DNA of 64,000 nucleotides from positions 21,262 through 85,261 of the forward strand of contig CALRVE020000009.1 in the NCBI GenBank assembly GCA_943371535.1. Reading direction: 5' to 3'. The DNA comes from Asaia bogorensis. GTDB lineage: Bacteria > Bacteroidota > Bacteroidia > Chitinophagales > Chitinophagaceae. The translations under genes and the position numbers were made by a program. Under the pieces are notes generated by a model. The model did not search any database, was not told where the DNA came from, and worked only from the letters and a program-made list of their open reading frames with translations. Position 1 is the first letter of the stretch. Each line of letters opens with the position of its first letter. Positions 38,978 to 49,100 of the stretch are shown here, piece after piece.

Positions 38978-40915
38978 ATGAACTATCCTTATCAAATTAC
39001 TTCTTTTGAACAATATCAAGAAGATTATAAAAAAAGTATTGAACAACCCGAAATTTTTTGGGCAAATATTGCTGAACATTTTACTTGGCGAAAAAAGTGG
39101 GACAAAGTTTTAAACTGGAATTTTAAAGAACCCAAAGTAGAATGGTTTGCTGGTGGAAAATTAAATATTACAGAAAATTGTATCGACCGCCATTTAGAAA
39201 CGATGGGCGATAAACCTGCATTTATTTGGGAGCCCAATAATCCTGAAGACAGGGTTAGAATTGTAACCTATAATCGTTTACACAAACGTGTTTGTCAGGT
39301 TGCACAAATGCTTACCAATAATGGGGTAAAAAAAGGCGATAGAGTATGTATTTATATGGGGATGATTCCTGAATTGGCTTATGCAGTTTTAGGTTGTGCA
39401 AGAATTGGTGCTATACACAGCGTAATCTTTGGAGGCTTTAGTGCACAAAGCATTGCAGATAGATTGTATGATGCTGGAGCTGATTATATTATTACTTGTG
39501 ATGGTGCATTTAGAGGTGAAAAAATTATTCCTTTAAAAAGTGTAATTGATGATGCATTGATTGGCAACAGAACTATAAAAAAAGTAATTGTTTATACCCG
39601 TACCAGAACTCCAGTTTCAATGTTGAAGGGAAGAGATTTATGGTGGGAAGATGAAATGGAACATGCCGAGCATCAGGTAGAAAAAGACGGTAAAGTTTCT
39701 TTTCCTGCTGTTGAAATGGATGCAGAAGATCCCTTATTTATTTTATACACAAGTGGAAGTACTGGTAAACCAAAAGGAGTGGTGCATAGTACTGCAGGGT
39801 ATATGGTTTGGACCAATTACACTTTTGTAAATGTGTTTCAATATAAACAAGGCGATGTACATTTTTGTACGGCAGATATTGGTTGGATTACAGGCCATAG
39901 TTATATTGTGTATGGACCATTGAGTGCAGGTGGAACATCATTGATGTTTGAAGGAGTGCCAACTTATCCAAATGCTGGTCGTTTTTGGGACATCGTTGAC
40001 CGACACAAAGTAAATATTCTATACACTGCACCAACAGCTATCAGAAGCTTAATGGGCTTTGGTTTAGAGCCTTTGAAGGGCAAAGATTTATCGTCTTTAA
40101 AAATATTGGGCACTGTTGGCGAACCTATTAATGAAGAAGCATGGCATTGGTACGATGAAAACATTGGCAAGAAAAAATGCCCAATTGTAGATACTTGGTG
40201 GCAAACGGAAACTGGTGGAACATTGATTAGCAACATGGCTGGTATTACACCTGCAAAACCAAGCTGGGCAACATTACCAATGCCAGGTATACAACCTTTA
40301 TTGGTAGATGAAAATGGTGTTGAAGCTACTGAAAAAGATGAGCATGGCATACTGAAAGGTAACCTTTGCATTAAAGCTCCTTGGCCAGGTATTTTAAGAA
40401 CTACCTGGGGCGATCATGAACGTTGCAGAACCAATTATTTTGCTACGTATGAAAACTTATATTTCACAGGCGATGGTGCATTGAAAGATGAAAATGGTTT
40501 TTACAGAATTACTGGAAGAGTTGATGATGTATTAAATGTAAGTGGACATAGAATTGGTACAGCCGAAGTAGAAAATGCCATTAATATGCATGCTGGTGTG
40601 GTAGAAAGTGCAGTGGTTGGTTACCCACACGATGTTAAAGGACAAGGCATTTACGCTTTTGTTATTGATAACAAAACACATGGCGATGAAGACTTAACAA
40701 GAAAAGATATTTTACAAACAGTTACTCGTGTAATTGGTGCAATTGCAAAACCCGATAAAATACAATTTGTAAAAGGATTACCTAAAACACGTAGTGGTAA
40801 AATTATGCGTAGAATTCTAAGAAAAATTGCTGAAGGCGAAACAGAAAATTTAGGAGATATAACCACACTACTTGACCCTGGTGTGGTAGAAGAAATAAAA
40901 AATGGAAAGCTTTAA
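38978..40915 (+). CDS. acs: Acetyl-CoA synthetase
   Basis: 645 aa with YTSGSTGKPKGV, WWQTETGG and the C-terminal PKTRSGKIMRRILRKIA. Confidence 0.96.
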   Translation: MNYPYQITSFEQYQEDYKKSIEQPEIFWANIAEHFTWRKKWDKVLNWNFKEPKVEWFAGGKLNITENCIDRHLETMGDKPAFIWEPNNPEDRVRIVTYNRLHKRVCQVAQMLTNNGVKKGDRVCIYMGMIPELAYAVLGCARIGAIHSVIFGGFSAQSIADRLYDAGADYIITCDGAFRGEKIIPLKSVIDDALIGNRTIKKVIVYTRTRTPVSMLKGRDLWWEDEMEHAEHQVEKDGKVSFPAVEMDAEDPLFILYTSGSTGKPKGVVHSTAGYMVWTNYTFVNVFQYKQGDVHFCTADIGWITGHSYIVYGPLSAGGTSLMFEGVPTYPNAGRFWDIVDRHKVNILYTAPTAIRSLMGFGLEPLKGKDLSSLKILGTVGEPINEEAWHWYDENIGKKKCPIVDTWWQTETGGTLISNMAGITPAKPSWATLPMPGIQPLLVDENGVEATEKDEHGILKGNLCIKAPWPGILRTTWGDHERCRTNYFATYENLYFTGDGALKDENGFYRITGRVDDVLNVSGHRIGTAEVENAINMHAGVVESAVVGYPHDVKGQGIYAFVIDNKTHGDEDLTRKDILQTVTRVIGAIAKPDKIQFVKGLPKTRSGKIMRRILRKIAEGETENLGDITTLLDPGVVEEIKNGKL

Positions 40916-40930
40916 GCTTTCCATTTTTTA
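40904..40930 (+). terminator. Rho-independent terminator of acs
   Basis: GGAAAGC-tttaa-GCTTTCC followed by a T-run. It overlaps the acs stop codon. Confidence 0.65.
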
Positions 40931-40954
40931 TTCTTATTTTTAAAAAAAGAATTT

Positions 40955-41209
40955 ATGAGTACGAAAGAAATTAGAGAAGAAATTGTGGCTGCTGTACAAA
41001 AGATGCCAGAAAAAAAATTGGCTTCTTTATACTCGTTGTTTCAATCTTTTTTGAAAGGAGAAGAAAGCGATATAGAATCTTGGCAAAACTTGCCATCCTC
41101 TACAAAAAGGAGAATAAACGACAGCATTAAACAAGCTGATAATGGTGAAGTGATAGATGCTTTTGAATCCATCAAAAACATCAAACAAAAATTAGGTGTA
41201 CATGCCTAA
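40955..41209 (+). CDS. Putative antitoxin (addiction-module component-like)
   Basis: 84-aa acidic protein whose stop overlaps the toxin start by 8 nt (ATGCCTAA). The function is inferred from this pairing only. Confidence 0.55.
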   Translation: MSTKEIREEIVAAVQKMPEKKLASLYSLFQSFLKGEESDIESWQNLPSSTKRRINDSIKQADNGEVIDAFESIKNIKQKLGVHA

Positions 41210-41516
41210 ACAATTGGTAATTACTAAATATGCAGATGAGGATATTCTAAACATCACATCATACCTTCAAGAAGAATGGGGCAATAAAGTAGCCGAAAAT
41301 TTTCTTGCTGAATTGCTCGATTTTTATCAATTGGTAGTCCTTCATCCCAATGCGTTTTCTTACTATATCAAGAGTAAAAATATCCGAAAATTTAGCATGA
41401 AAAATATTAGTCTTGTTCTTTATAGAGTTAAAAGAACAAAGATTGAAATTATTGCTGTGATTGATGGTAGAAGACAACCATCTACTGTTAAAAAGTTGGC
41501 AAGAAACCGTTTGTAA
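41202..41516 (+). CDS. Type II toxin, RelE/ParE family
   Basis: About 104 aa: ..A.EDILNITSYLQEEWG..VAENFL.EL....QLV..HPN.....K..NIRKF.....SLVLYRV....IEIIAVIDGRRQP, a typical ParE-like pattern. Confidence 0.75.
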   Translation: MPKQLVITKYADEDILNITSYLQEEWGNKVAENFLAELLDFYQLVVLHPNAFSYYIKSKNIRKFSMKNISLVLYRVKRTKIEIIAVIDGRRQPSTVKKLARNRL

Positions 41517-41743
41517 AAATCTTATCATTTGTTTTCAAAAGAAATTTAAATCACATTCGTACAGCTTTCAACGTTACGACTATTAATGCACTTATTACTA
41601 CACATTTGTATAATTACCAATTCATCTTACATTTTGTAGCCAAATAAAAGGCTCAGTATAAATATTGTTATCGAAATTTCTAAAGAAATAGATTTTTTAT
41701 TTTGGAAATGATGATTATCTTGTAAGCCCCTACATCAAAGCTT

Positions 41744-42172
41744 ATGGCACTAAAAATTATTACCCACGGTTCAAAAGACTACCAAAAAATGGTAGATATG
41801 CGTTTTAATATTTTACGTAAACCTTTAGGCTTAGAATTTTCGCCTGAAGATTTGGCTCGTGAAAAAGAAGATATTTTAATTGGCTGCTTTGAAGAAGAAA
41901 AACTAGAAGGTTGCTGCCTACTAACTAAATTAGATGCCGCTACTGTTAAGCTTAGACAAATGGCTGTAACCAGTGGTTTACAAGGCAAAGGTATTGGCAG
42001 GGTTTTATTAATTTTTGCAGAAAATATTGCTAGAGATAGAGGCTACAAAAAAATTACCATGAATGCCCGAAAAAACGCAACTGGCTTCTATGAAAAATTA
42101 GGCTATAATGTTGTGGGTGATGAATTTATTGAAGTTACCCTACCCCATTTTAAAATGGAAAAGGAATTGTAG
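41744..42172 (+). CDS. GNAT family N-acetyltransferase
   Basis: Acetyl-CoA binding motif A: RQMAVTSGLQGKGIGRVLL..AE..AR..G. Confidence 0.85.
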   Translation: MALKIITHGSKDYQKMVDMRFNILRKPLGLEFSPEDLAREKEDILIGCFEEEKLEGCCLLTKLDAATVKLRQMAVTSGLQGKGIGRVLLIFAENIARDRGYKKITMNARKNATGFYEKLGYNVVGDEFIEVTLPHFKMEKEL

Positions 42173-42177
42173 TGTAA

Positions 42178-42651
42178 TTACTTCTTAATATTTCTATTCA
42201 ATATGCCTCTTATTTCGTGCCTCATTTCATCGCCAATTTCATCTTTGGGTAGCAAGATGAATGATTTACTATTGAAGTAAAAATGAAAGAAATAAGGCGT
42301 TTCTATAAAACGTTCAAACTTGCTCCAAGGCCAATGAACTTCACCTCTTTCGTTTTCAAACGTTAAGCCCACTTCATTAACTCCAGCTATAAAGCTTTCT
42401 TGAAAAGTGCTTGTTTTTTTGTAGATAGTCATTGGTAAAATATACCAAATAGCTACCATCATAAATATCCAAACACAAGAGCCTAATAAAAATGGCTCAG
42501 GACGTACTTTTTTAAAATAAAATAAAACTGCTGCAACAATGGCAAATACATTAACCAATATCATCATTATTCTAATATCGGGTTTCGATATAAAATGATA
42601 ACGTAATGCCTGAATGGTTTTTTTCTTATCGTAACTAAAGCTAAACTGCAT
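42178..42651 (-). CDS. YcxB-like membrane protein
   Basis: Two central TM helices, with a C-terminal W.WS.F....T...F.FY......F.LLPK pattern as in the YcxB family (from memory). Confidence 0.55.
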   Translation of the reverse strand: MQFSFSYDKKKTIQALRYHFISKPDIRIMMILVNVFAIVAAVLFYFKKVRPEPFLLGSCVWIFMMVAIWYILPMTIYKKTSTFQESFIAGVNEVGLTFENERGEVHWPWSKFERFIETPYFFHFYFNSKSFILLPKDEIGDEMRHEIRGILNRNIKK

Positions 42652-42707
42652 ATTCTCAATTATACAAGCAAAGTTAACTGCTCTAGCTTGTTTCTATTTC
42701 AGCAACA

Positions 42708-43343
42708 TTAAATTGTTGTACCAACTTCTTTAATTTTTTCTTTTCTAATGCCATCTAATTCCATCATGCCAAGTGTTTTAGAGATTTTCCAAATGCCCTT
42801 TTCCTTTTTTAGTTCTGTTTCAGATCTTGCTTCTATAACCCGATCAGTTTCGTAATCTATTGCTTCATAAATACAAGCAACAATAGCAGTGTTGCCTTTT
42901 ACAGTTACTTCCCATTTACCATTTTTAGGAAAACAGTAATCAATTATTTCTTCAATCTCTTCTTGCCCACCAATAATTCTATCATGATCAAAACCAATTG
43001 CAATTTCTTCGGTGGGATATTTTTTAAATATCTCTGCAATGCGTTTAAAATCGCTTCTATGCCATTCTATAAATGCTTCACCCAATGCTGGTACTTTGGT
43101 TCTAATAAAAGTAAAATACTTTTCAACTTCTGTCCATTGTATAGTGTAAGGAGGAGCGTCATCTACACCATTGCCTTTATATAATTTAAATGCATTGTGC
43201 TGGGTATAATTTTGTTTATACCAATTGTAAAAGCTCTTTACTTTTTTAATTAGAATATCGTTATTCGTTTTAGGCTGTGCAATTAATTGAACACTTATGC
43301 AAATGCATAAACAGCAAAGTATTTTTTTAATTACATGATTCAT
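42708..43343 (-). CDS. Hypothetical secreted protein
   Basis: Signal peptide. The YNWYKQNY motif is reminiscent of DUF3828-type proteins. No confident family call. Confidence 0.5.
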   Translation of the reverse strand: MNHVIKKILCCLCICISVQLIAQPKTNNDILIKKVKSFYNWYKQNYTQHNAFKLYKGNGVDDAPPYTIQWTEVEKYFTFIRTKVPALGEAFIEWHRSDFKRIAEIFKKYPTEEIAIGFDHDRIIGGQEEIEEIIDYCFPKNGKWEVTVKGNTAIVACIYEAIDYETDRVIEARSETELKKEKGIWKISKTLGMMELDGIRKEKIKEVGTTI

Positions 43344-43480
43344 TTTTATAAGTTAAGGTTGTTTGAACTTCTTATACTATTGATAGAAATTGAAAATTTT
43401 GTTCAGAAATAGCTTCCTACAAGCTGCCAATGACATATTAGTTCAATCATTGAAAACCATTTTTAAACAAATGATTTTTT

Positions 43481-43563
43481 AATTGCCACGGATGCATGGA
43501 TTAGCACTGAATTTAGAATAATCATAACAGCCAATCCGTGATTTTCCGTGCATCGTGGCAATT
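43481..43563. repeat. Large imperfect hairpin built from CACGGAT-type words
   Basis: Left arm AATTGCCACGGATGCATGGATT. The right arm (reverse complement) reads AATTGCCACGATGCACGGAAAATCACGGATT. The arms are separated by about 30 nt of AT-rich loop. Confidence 0.55.
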
Positions 43564-43715
43564 ATGTCATTCCTGTCTGCCTTCAGGCAGGTTCAAAATG
43601 CTTTTATACGAAGCAGAAATTGTTTACTCAATCTGACATTATTTGTCATGTTGAGCTTGTCGAAACATAACAATAATGTTTTTAAAATACTATTTGTAAA
43701 GTATCAACAACTTAT

Positions 43716-45062
43716 TTATTTTAATTCTTTAGCACCAATACTCCAACTAGTTAATACATTGCCTTTGCCATCTACATACTCTACTTTTAATGCTCTATTG
43801 TTTAAAGCTCCTTCAACAGTTACCCTTGAATAATTTTGAACATTATCCACTCCAGCAACTCTAAATGCATTATTTTTTTCTGGTCCACCAAACTTATGAG
43901 AACCTGATGTTAATGGCGATGATGTAATATCGTACAACGCATAAGCTACTTTTCTTTCTACTTTAATTACTTCACTATGGTGTCTATCTCCTGTAAAAAA
44001 TAACAATCCATTAATTGAATTCTCCTGTATAAAATTCATGAAATCTTCATACTCGGCTGAGAACTTTTTAAAGCAATCGTACGGACTAACAGGATTTAAG
44101 ATTTGACTACCTGTAGCAATAATTCTAAAACTAATATTCCTGTTGTTTTTACTTTGCAATAAAGCATTTTTCAACCATTCTAATTGTTGTTTGCCAAACA
44201 TTTCTTTGTTGGTATTTACTTTACCATTGATGCTATCTGGCATATCGTCGTTGCTTCTAAACCAACGATCATCTAATAAAAAAATATCTACATCGTTCCA
44301 AGTAAACTTGCTGTAAATAGCTTGGTTGTTTTGTCCATAACTTGGGTTTGCCCAAAAATGTTGAAACACATTTCTGCTAGTTTCTTTAAACGGATAACTT
44401 TTATCAGCATCGTTCCAACCATAATCATGATCATCCCAAATGGCATAATGTGGCATGGCTTGTAAAAAGTTTTTATACAGTGGTTTTTTTCTTTCAAAAG
44501 ATGGACGATTGTATAAACCCCATTCGCTATAATAGTCTACTTCTCTAGTGTACCAATTATCGCCCAACCAAAGCATAAAATCGGCTTTTTCTTTTGCCAT
44601 CGTTTCAAAGATTGAGCTATCGTTGCCATATGGCTTTCCAGGACGATCATACTCAGGTTGATTAATATATACACAACTACCTGCTAAGAAGGAGAATTTT
44701 GGTGGATCTTTTCTCCATTGCCATAATTCTTGTGTTTTAAAACTACCTGACGCAAGTGTCTTTGCAACTCCAACTAAACTTAATTGATATTTATATTGTG
44801 TACCTGGTATTAAATTACCAATACTAAATACCAATTTGCTAAAGCCATGTTGTGTAACAGGTGCTGCTCTTAAAATTTGCATGGACCTGCGAAAATTATT
44901 TACATCCCAACAACTTAATTGATATTTATTGACAGTATCACTTACCTCAAACCAAATGGTAGAAGTTCTTAGTTCTGTATGACCCAACATAGGTCCTGAA
45001 ACTATTTGAGCTTGTATATGAATTGCTAGAAATAGACAACATGAAAAAAAGAGTTTTTGCAT
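43716..45062 (-). CDS. Alkaline phosphatase D (PhoD-like metallophosphatase) family protein
   Basis: N-terminal PhoD-like Fn3 domain, then metallophosphatase blocks (F.LWLGDN.Y, WDDHDYG.ND, FFTGDRHHSE). The ATG at 45062 (MQKLFFSCCLF..AQ) is preferred. Confidence 0.8.
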   Translation of the reverse strand: MQKLFFSCCLFLAIHIQAQIVSGPMLGHTELRTSTIWFEVSDTVNKYQLSCWDVNNFRRSMQILRAAPVTQHGFSKLVFSIGNLIPGTQYKYQLSLVGVAKTLASGSFKTQELWQWRKDPPKFSFLAGSCVYINQPEYDRPGKPYGNDSSIFETMAKEKADFMLWLGDNWYTREVDYYSEWGLYNRPSFERKKPLYKNFLQAMPHYAIWDDHDYGWNDADKSYPFKETSRNVFQHFWANPSYGQNNQAIYSKFTWNDVDIFLLDDRWFRSNDDMPDSINGKVNTNKEMFGKQQLEWLKNALLQSKNNRNISFRIIATGSQILNPVSPYDCFKKFSAEYEDFMNFIQENSINGLLFFTGDRHHSEVIKVERKVAYALYDITSSPLTSGSHKFGGPEKNNAFRVAGVDNVQNYSRVTVEGALNNRALKVEYVDGKGNVLTSWSIGAKELK

Positions 45063-45226
45063 ACCATTGTTTTTATTGCATGCAAGATAAGTATTGATGT
45101 ATTGCAAAAGATGAAGTTAAGGTTAAGTGAAAAAAACTTTTCGATGTATAAATTGGTTGAAAAGTTGTTGCTGAAGAACACTATCTATGAAGAAAATAAT
45201 TATTATTGTATACACTTAAAAATCAG

Positions 45227-45742
45227 ATGATGAAAATTATTATTGCTTTATTGTTTTCTATCTCTACACTCATTGGCTTTGCTCAAGTACAAATGCCCGA
45301 TTGTGAAGAAATTGAATATTGGTTAAAAGAAGTTGAATTGAAATTTAAGAATACAGCTTTAACCAATGATAACGGCATCATAAATTCTTCTAAAAAGATG
45401 AAAGGTAGTGGAACAACAAAATTTGTAATTGATACAGCTATGAAGTTATATGTTGTACATCAATCTATGTATTTTGAAAATGAGAAAGAAGCGGCAGCAG
45501 TAACAGATAGCCTTGCTACAATGCTTAAAACATGTACCAATAAAAAAGGATTTGAAGTAGATGCTGCTACCGCAATGAATGATTTAATGAAAGGCGTTCA
45601 AATGTCGAAGTATAAAATAAAAATGGGTAGCGACATTTATAATCTTTTTACAGTTGTTAATTACTTTTTTGATGACTCTGCCGAAAAATGGGTGATGATT
45701 ATTGAAGTTGTACGACTTGATGGTGAAACTGGTGCAGGTTAA
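45227..45742 (+). CDS. Hypothetical secreted protein
   Basis: Signal peptide MMKIIIALLFSISTLIGFAQ. No family recognised. Confidence 0.5.
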   Translation: MMKIIIALLFSISTLIGFAQVQMPDCEEIEYWLKEVELKFKNTALTNDNGIINSSKKMKGSGTTKFVIDTAMKLYVVHQSMYFENEKEAAAVTDSLATMLKTCTNKKGFEVDAATAMNDLMKGVQMSKYKIKMGSDIYNLFTVVNYFFDDSAEKWVMIIEVVRLDGETGAG

Positions 45743-45922
45743 ATAATAAACTTAAAGTTTTGTTGTTGAATAACACCAACAATGGCAAAAAAATTTCGGT
45801 AATCAACATTATTTGTAAGGTAAAGCTTATTAAGAAAAATTATATTTAATTTTTATATTACAACTTGCTGAAAAGAATACCAACAAAGGCTGTGCTCTTT
45901 AACAACTTGTCAATTAAATGAT

Positions 45923-45954
45923 CCATGTTGGTAGGCTTTGCCATACCAACATGG
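45923..45954. repeat. Hairpin A with GTTGGT/ACCAAC core
   Basis: CCATGTTGGTA-ggctttgcca-TACCAACATGG, an 11-bp perfect stem. Confidence 0.7.
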
Positions 45955-46031
45955 GCGGAAAAAACTTTTCAATGTAAGAATGGGTTTTACTTAAACTAAA
46001 GGAAATTGAATTTATTATGAGATTTTTTGTA

Positions 46032-46054
46032 GTGGTTGGTGTCTCACCAACCAC
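46032..46054. repeat. Hairpin B with GTTGGT/ACCAAC core
   Basis: GTGGTTGGTG-tct-CACCAACCAC, a 10-bp perfect stem. Confidence 0.7.
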
Positions 46055-46071
46055 ATTCTAAAATATTTTTT

Positions 46072-46095
46072 TCGGTTGATGAGGACACCAACCGA
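46072..46095. repeat. Hairpin C with GGTTG/CAACC core
   Basis: TCGGTTG-atgaggacac-CAACCGA, a 7-bp stem. Confidence 0.55.
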
Positions 46096-46127
46096 TAGAT
46101 AAACAACGGTGAAAAGACAAACTTTCA

Positions 46128-46167
46128 ATAAAAAAGCCCTTTCTTACTCAGAAAGGGCTTTCAAAAA
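46128..46167 (-). terminator. Rho-independent terminator of nrdJ
   Basis: GCCCTTTC-ttactca-GAAAGGGC, with a T-run on the minus strand. Confidence 0.7.
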
Positions 46168-46183
46168 ATCTATACTTAATATA

Positions 46184-49100
46184 TTAACTGCAACCTCCTT
46201 GTGTGCCACAGTTTAAGCATTTATAACAAGTACCGCTACGCACTGTAATATGACCACAAGTGGTACAAGCAGGTGCATCGCCTTGCATTTTTTTAGCATA
46301 TTCATTTACAGCATCCATACTTGCTTCGGCTTTTACTGCAACTCTTTGCAATTTTTGAGGAGCTGGAGTTGGAGTTGTATTGGCCGATGTTGCTAAAGGT
46401 GCTGCTGTTACATGCACACTGCTTAACTCTGGAGAACCAATTAAACTGGCTTCATCATCGCCCATATTGCCCACTTCTGGTTTGTCTAACACATGCACTA
46501 AATCGGTTCTGCCTAAGTATTCATAAGCCAACGCTCTAAATACAAAGTCTACCAATGAAGTAGTGGTTTTAATATTTGGATGATCTACCATTCCGGCTGG
46601 TTCAAAACGAGTGAACACAAATTTTTCTACAAACTCTTCTAAAGGCACACCATATTGTAAGCCAACAGAAATTGCAATTGCAAAACAGTTCATTAAGCTA
46701 CGTACAGTTGAACCTTCTTTAGCTAAATCAACAAAAATTTCTCCTAAAGTTCCATCGTTGTATTCGCCTGTTCTTAAGAAAATAACTTGTCCGTTAATTT
46801 TTGCTTTTTGTGTATAGCCTCTACGTTTTGCAGGTAACGATTTACGTTCTACAATTTTAGATAATTCACGTTTTAATTTAGTATCGGCCGATGCAGCCAT
46901 TCTTCTATTCACTTCATCCAATAAATCTTCTACACTTAGCTTGGTTAAATCTACAATATTGCTATCGGTTAAAGATGCTGTTACTTCGGTTTCTTCAGTT
47001 GCTGCTTCTACACTTGCGTCATCTGTTTTCTTTTTCTTATCGCTTTTAGTACTTAACGGTTGAGATAATTTAGAACCATCTCTATACAATGCATTGGCTT
47101 TTAAACCTAACTCCCAACTTAATTTGTAACAATCTGCAATTTCTTCAACATTGGCTTCGTGTGGCAAGTTGATGGTTTTAGAAATAGCACCACTTAAGAA
47201 AGGTTGGCAAGCAGCCATCATTCTAATATGACCATGAGCATGAATATAACGCTCACCTTTTTTACCACATTTATTGGCACAATCAAAAACGCTTAAATGT
47301 TCATCTTTTAAGTATGGAGCACCTTCTACAGTCATTGTACCACAGATGTAATCGTTGGCTGCTGCAATTTCATCTTCAGTAAAGCCTAAGCCTTCTAACA
47401 TGTTAAAGCTCCAGTCGCTGTATTCTTCTTCTGTAAAACCTAAACGTTGTAAGGTTGCATCGCCTAAACTGTAACGGTTAAAGATGAAACCAATTTCAAA
47501 TGCAGCTTTAGCAGCAGCATTTAATTTGGCAATTTCTTCAGCAGTAAATCCTTTTGCACTCAATGTTTGATTGTTGATGAAAGGAGCACCTTCGAAGCTT
47601 GCAGCACCTACTGCATATTTTTCAATAGCATCTACTTCTTTTTGGCTATAGCCCAATGTTTTCAATGCATTTGGTACAGCACCATTGATAATTTTGAAAT
47701 ATCCACCACCAGATAATTTTTTAAATTTCACCAAAGCAAAATCTGGTTCTACACCTGTAGTATCGCAATCCATTACTAAACCAATGGTTCCTGTTGGAGC
47801 AATTACAGTGGTTTGTGCATTTCTATAACCATATTTTTCACCCATTTGTACTGCATCGTCCCATGCTTTAGTAGCTGACTTAAGCAATGCATCTGGACAG
47901 TACTGAGCTTTAATACCTTGTGGTTTAATTTGTAAGCCTTCATAAGCTTCGTTGGCATCATAAGCTGCAGCTCTATGATTACGCATAACACGTAACATAT
48001 CGGCTCTGTTTTCTTCAAACTTATCAAATGCTCCTAAGAAGCTAGCCATTTCAGCTGAAGTTTTGTAAGCCACACCCGTCATAATTGCACTGATTGCTCC
48101 TGCAATTCCTCTTGCTTCTTCACTATCGTATGCAATACCACTAATCATTAAAATAGTTCCTAAGTTGGCAAAGCCTAAACCCAATGTTCTGTAATCGTAA
48201 CTTAATTGAGCTACTTCTTTACTTGGGAACTGAGCCATTAAAACAGAAACTTCTAACACCACTGTCCATAAACGGCTGATATATTCTAAACCTTCAACAT
48301 CAATTTGGTTGGTTTCTTCGTTAAAGAATTTTCTTAAATTGATAGAAGCCAAATTACAAGCGGTATTGTCTAAGAACATGTATTCGCTACAAGGATTAGA
48401 AGCGTTGATTCTTCCACCTTGAGGGCAAGTATGCCACTCGTTAATTGTTGTATCGTATTGAGTTCCCGGATCAGCACATCTCCAAGCTGCGTAAGCCACT
48501 TGATTCCATACTTCACGAGCAGGGATTTTTTTCATTACTCTACCATCAGTTCTTGCTTTCAATTCCCAATCGCCATCTTCTTCCAATACTTTGAAAAATT
48601 CGTTTGGAATACGAATGGAGTTATTGCTATTTTGACCAGCAACGGTTGCATAAGCTTCACCTTCGTAACCATTATCATATCCTGCAGCTACTAGAGCAGC
48701 TACTTTCTTTTCTTCTTCAACTTTCCAGTTGATGAATTCCATAATTTCTGGATGATCTAAATCTAAACAAACCATTTTAGCTGCACGGCGTGTTGTACCA
48801 CCACTTTTAATTGCACCTGCCGAACGATCTCCAATTTTTAAGAAACTCATTAATCCACTAGATGAACCACCACCACTTAATTTTTCTCCACCACCACGTA
48901 TTTGAGAAAAGTTGGTACCAACACCGCTACCATATTTAAAAATTCTAGCTTCACGAACCCATAAATCCATAATACCACCATCGTTCACTAAATCATCGCT
49001 TACACTTAAAATAAAACAAGCATGAGGTTGTGGACGCTCATATGCATTTTTAGATTTGCTGAGTTCTTTGGTAATTGGATCTACATAATAGTGACCTTGT

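Noticed and set aside
43555-43833. 92-aa plus-strand ORF in the 43344..43715 spacer
   Set aside because: It starts inside the CACGGAT hairpin, runs through REP-like modules and ends inside the phoD-like gene on the opposite strand. It has no coding-like features.
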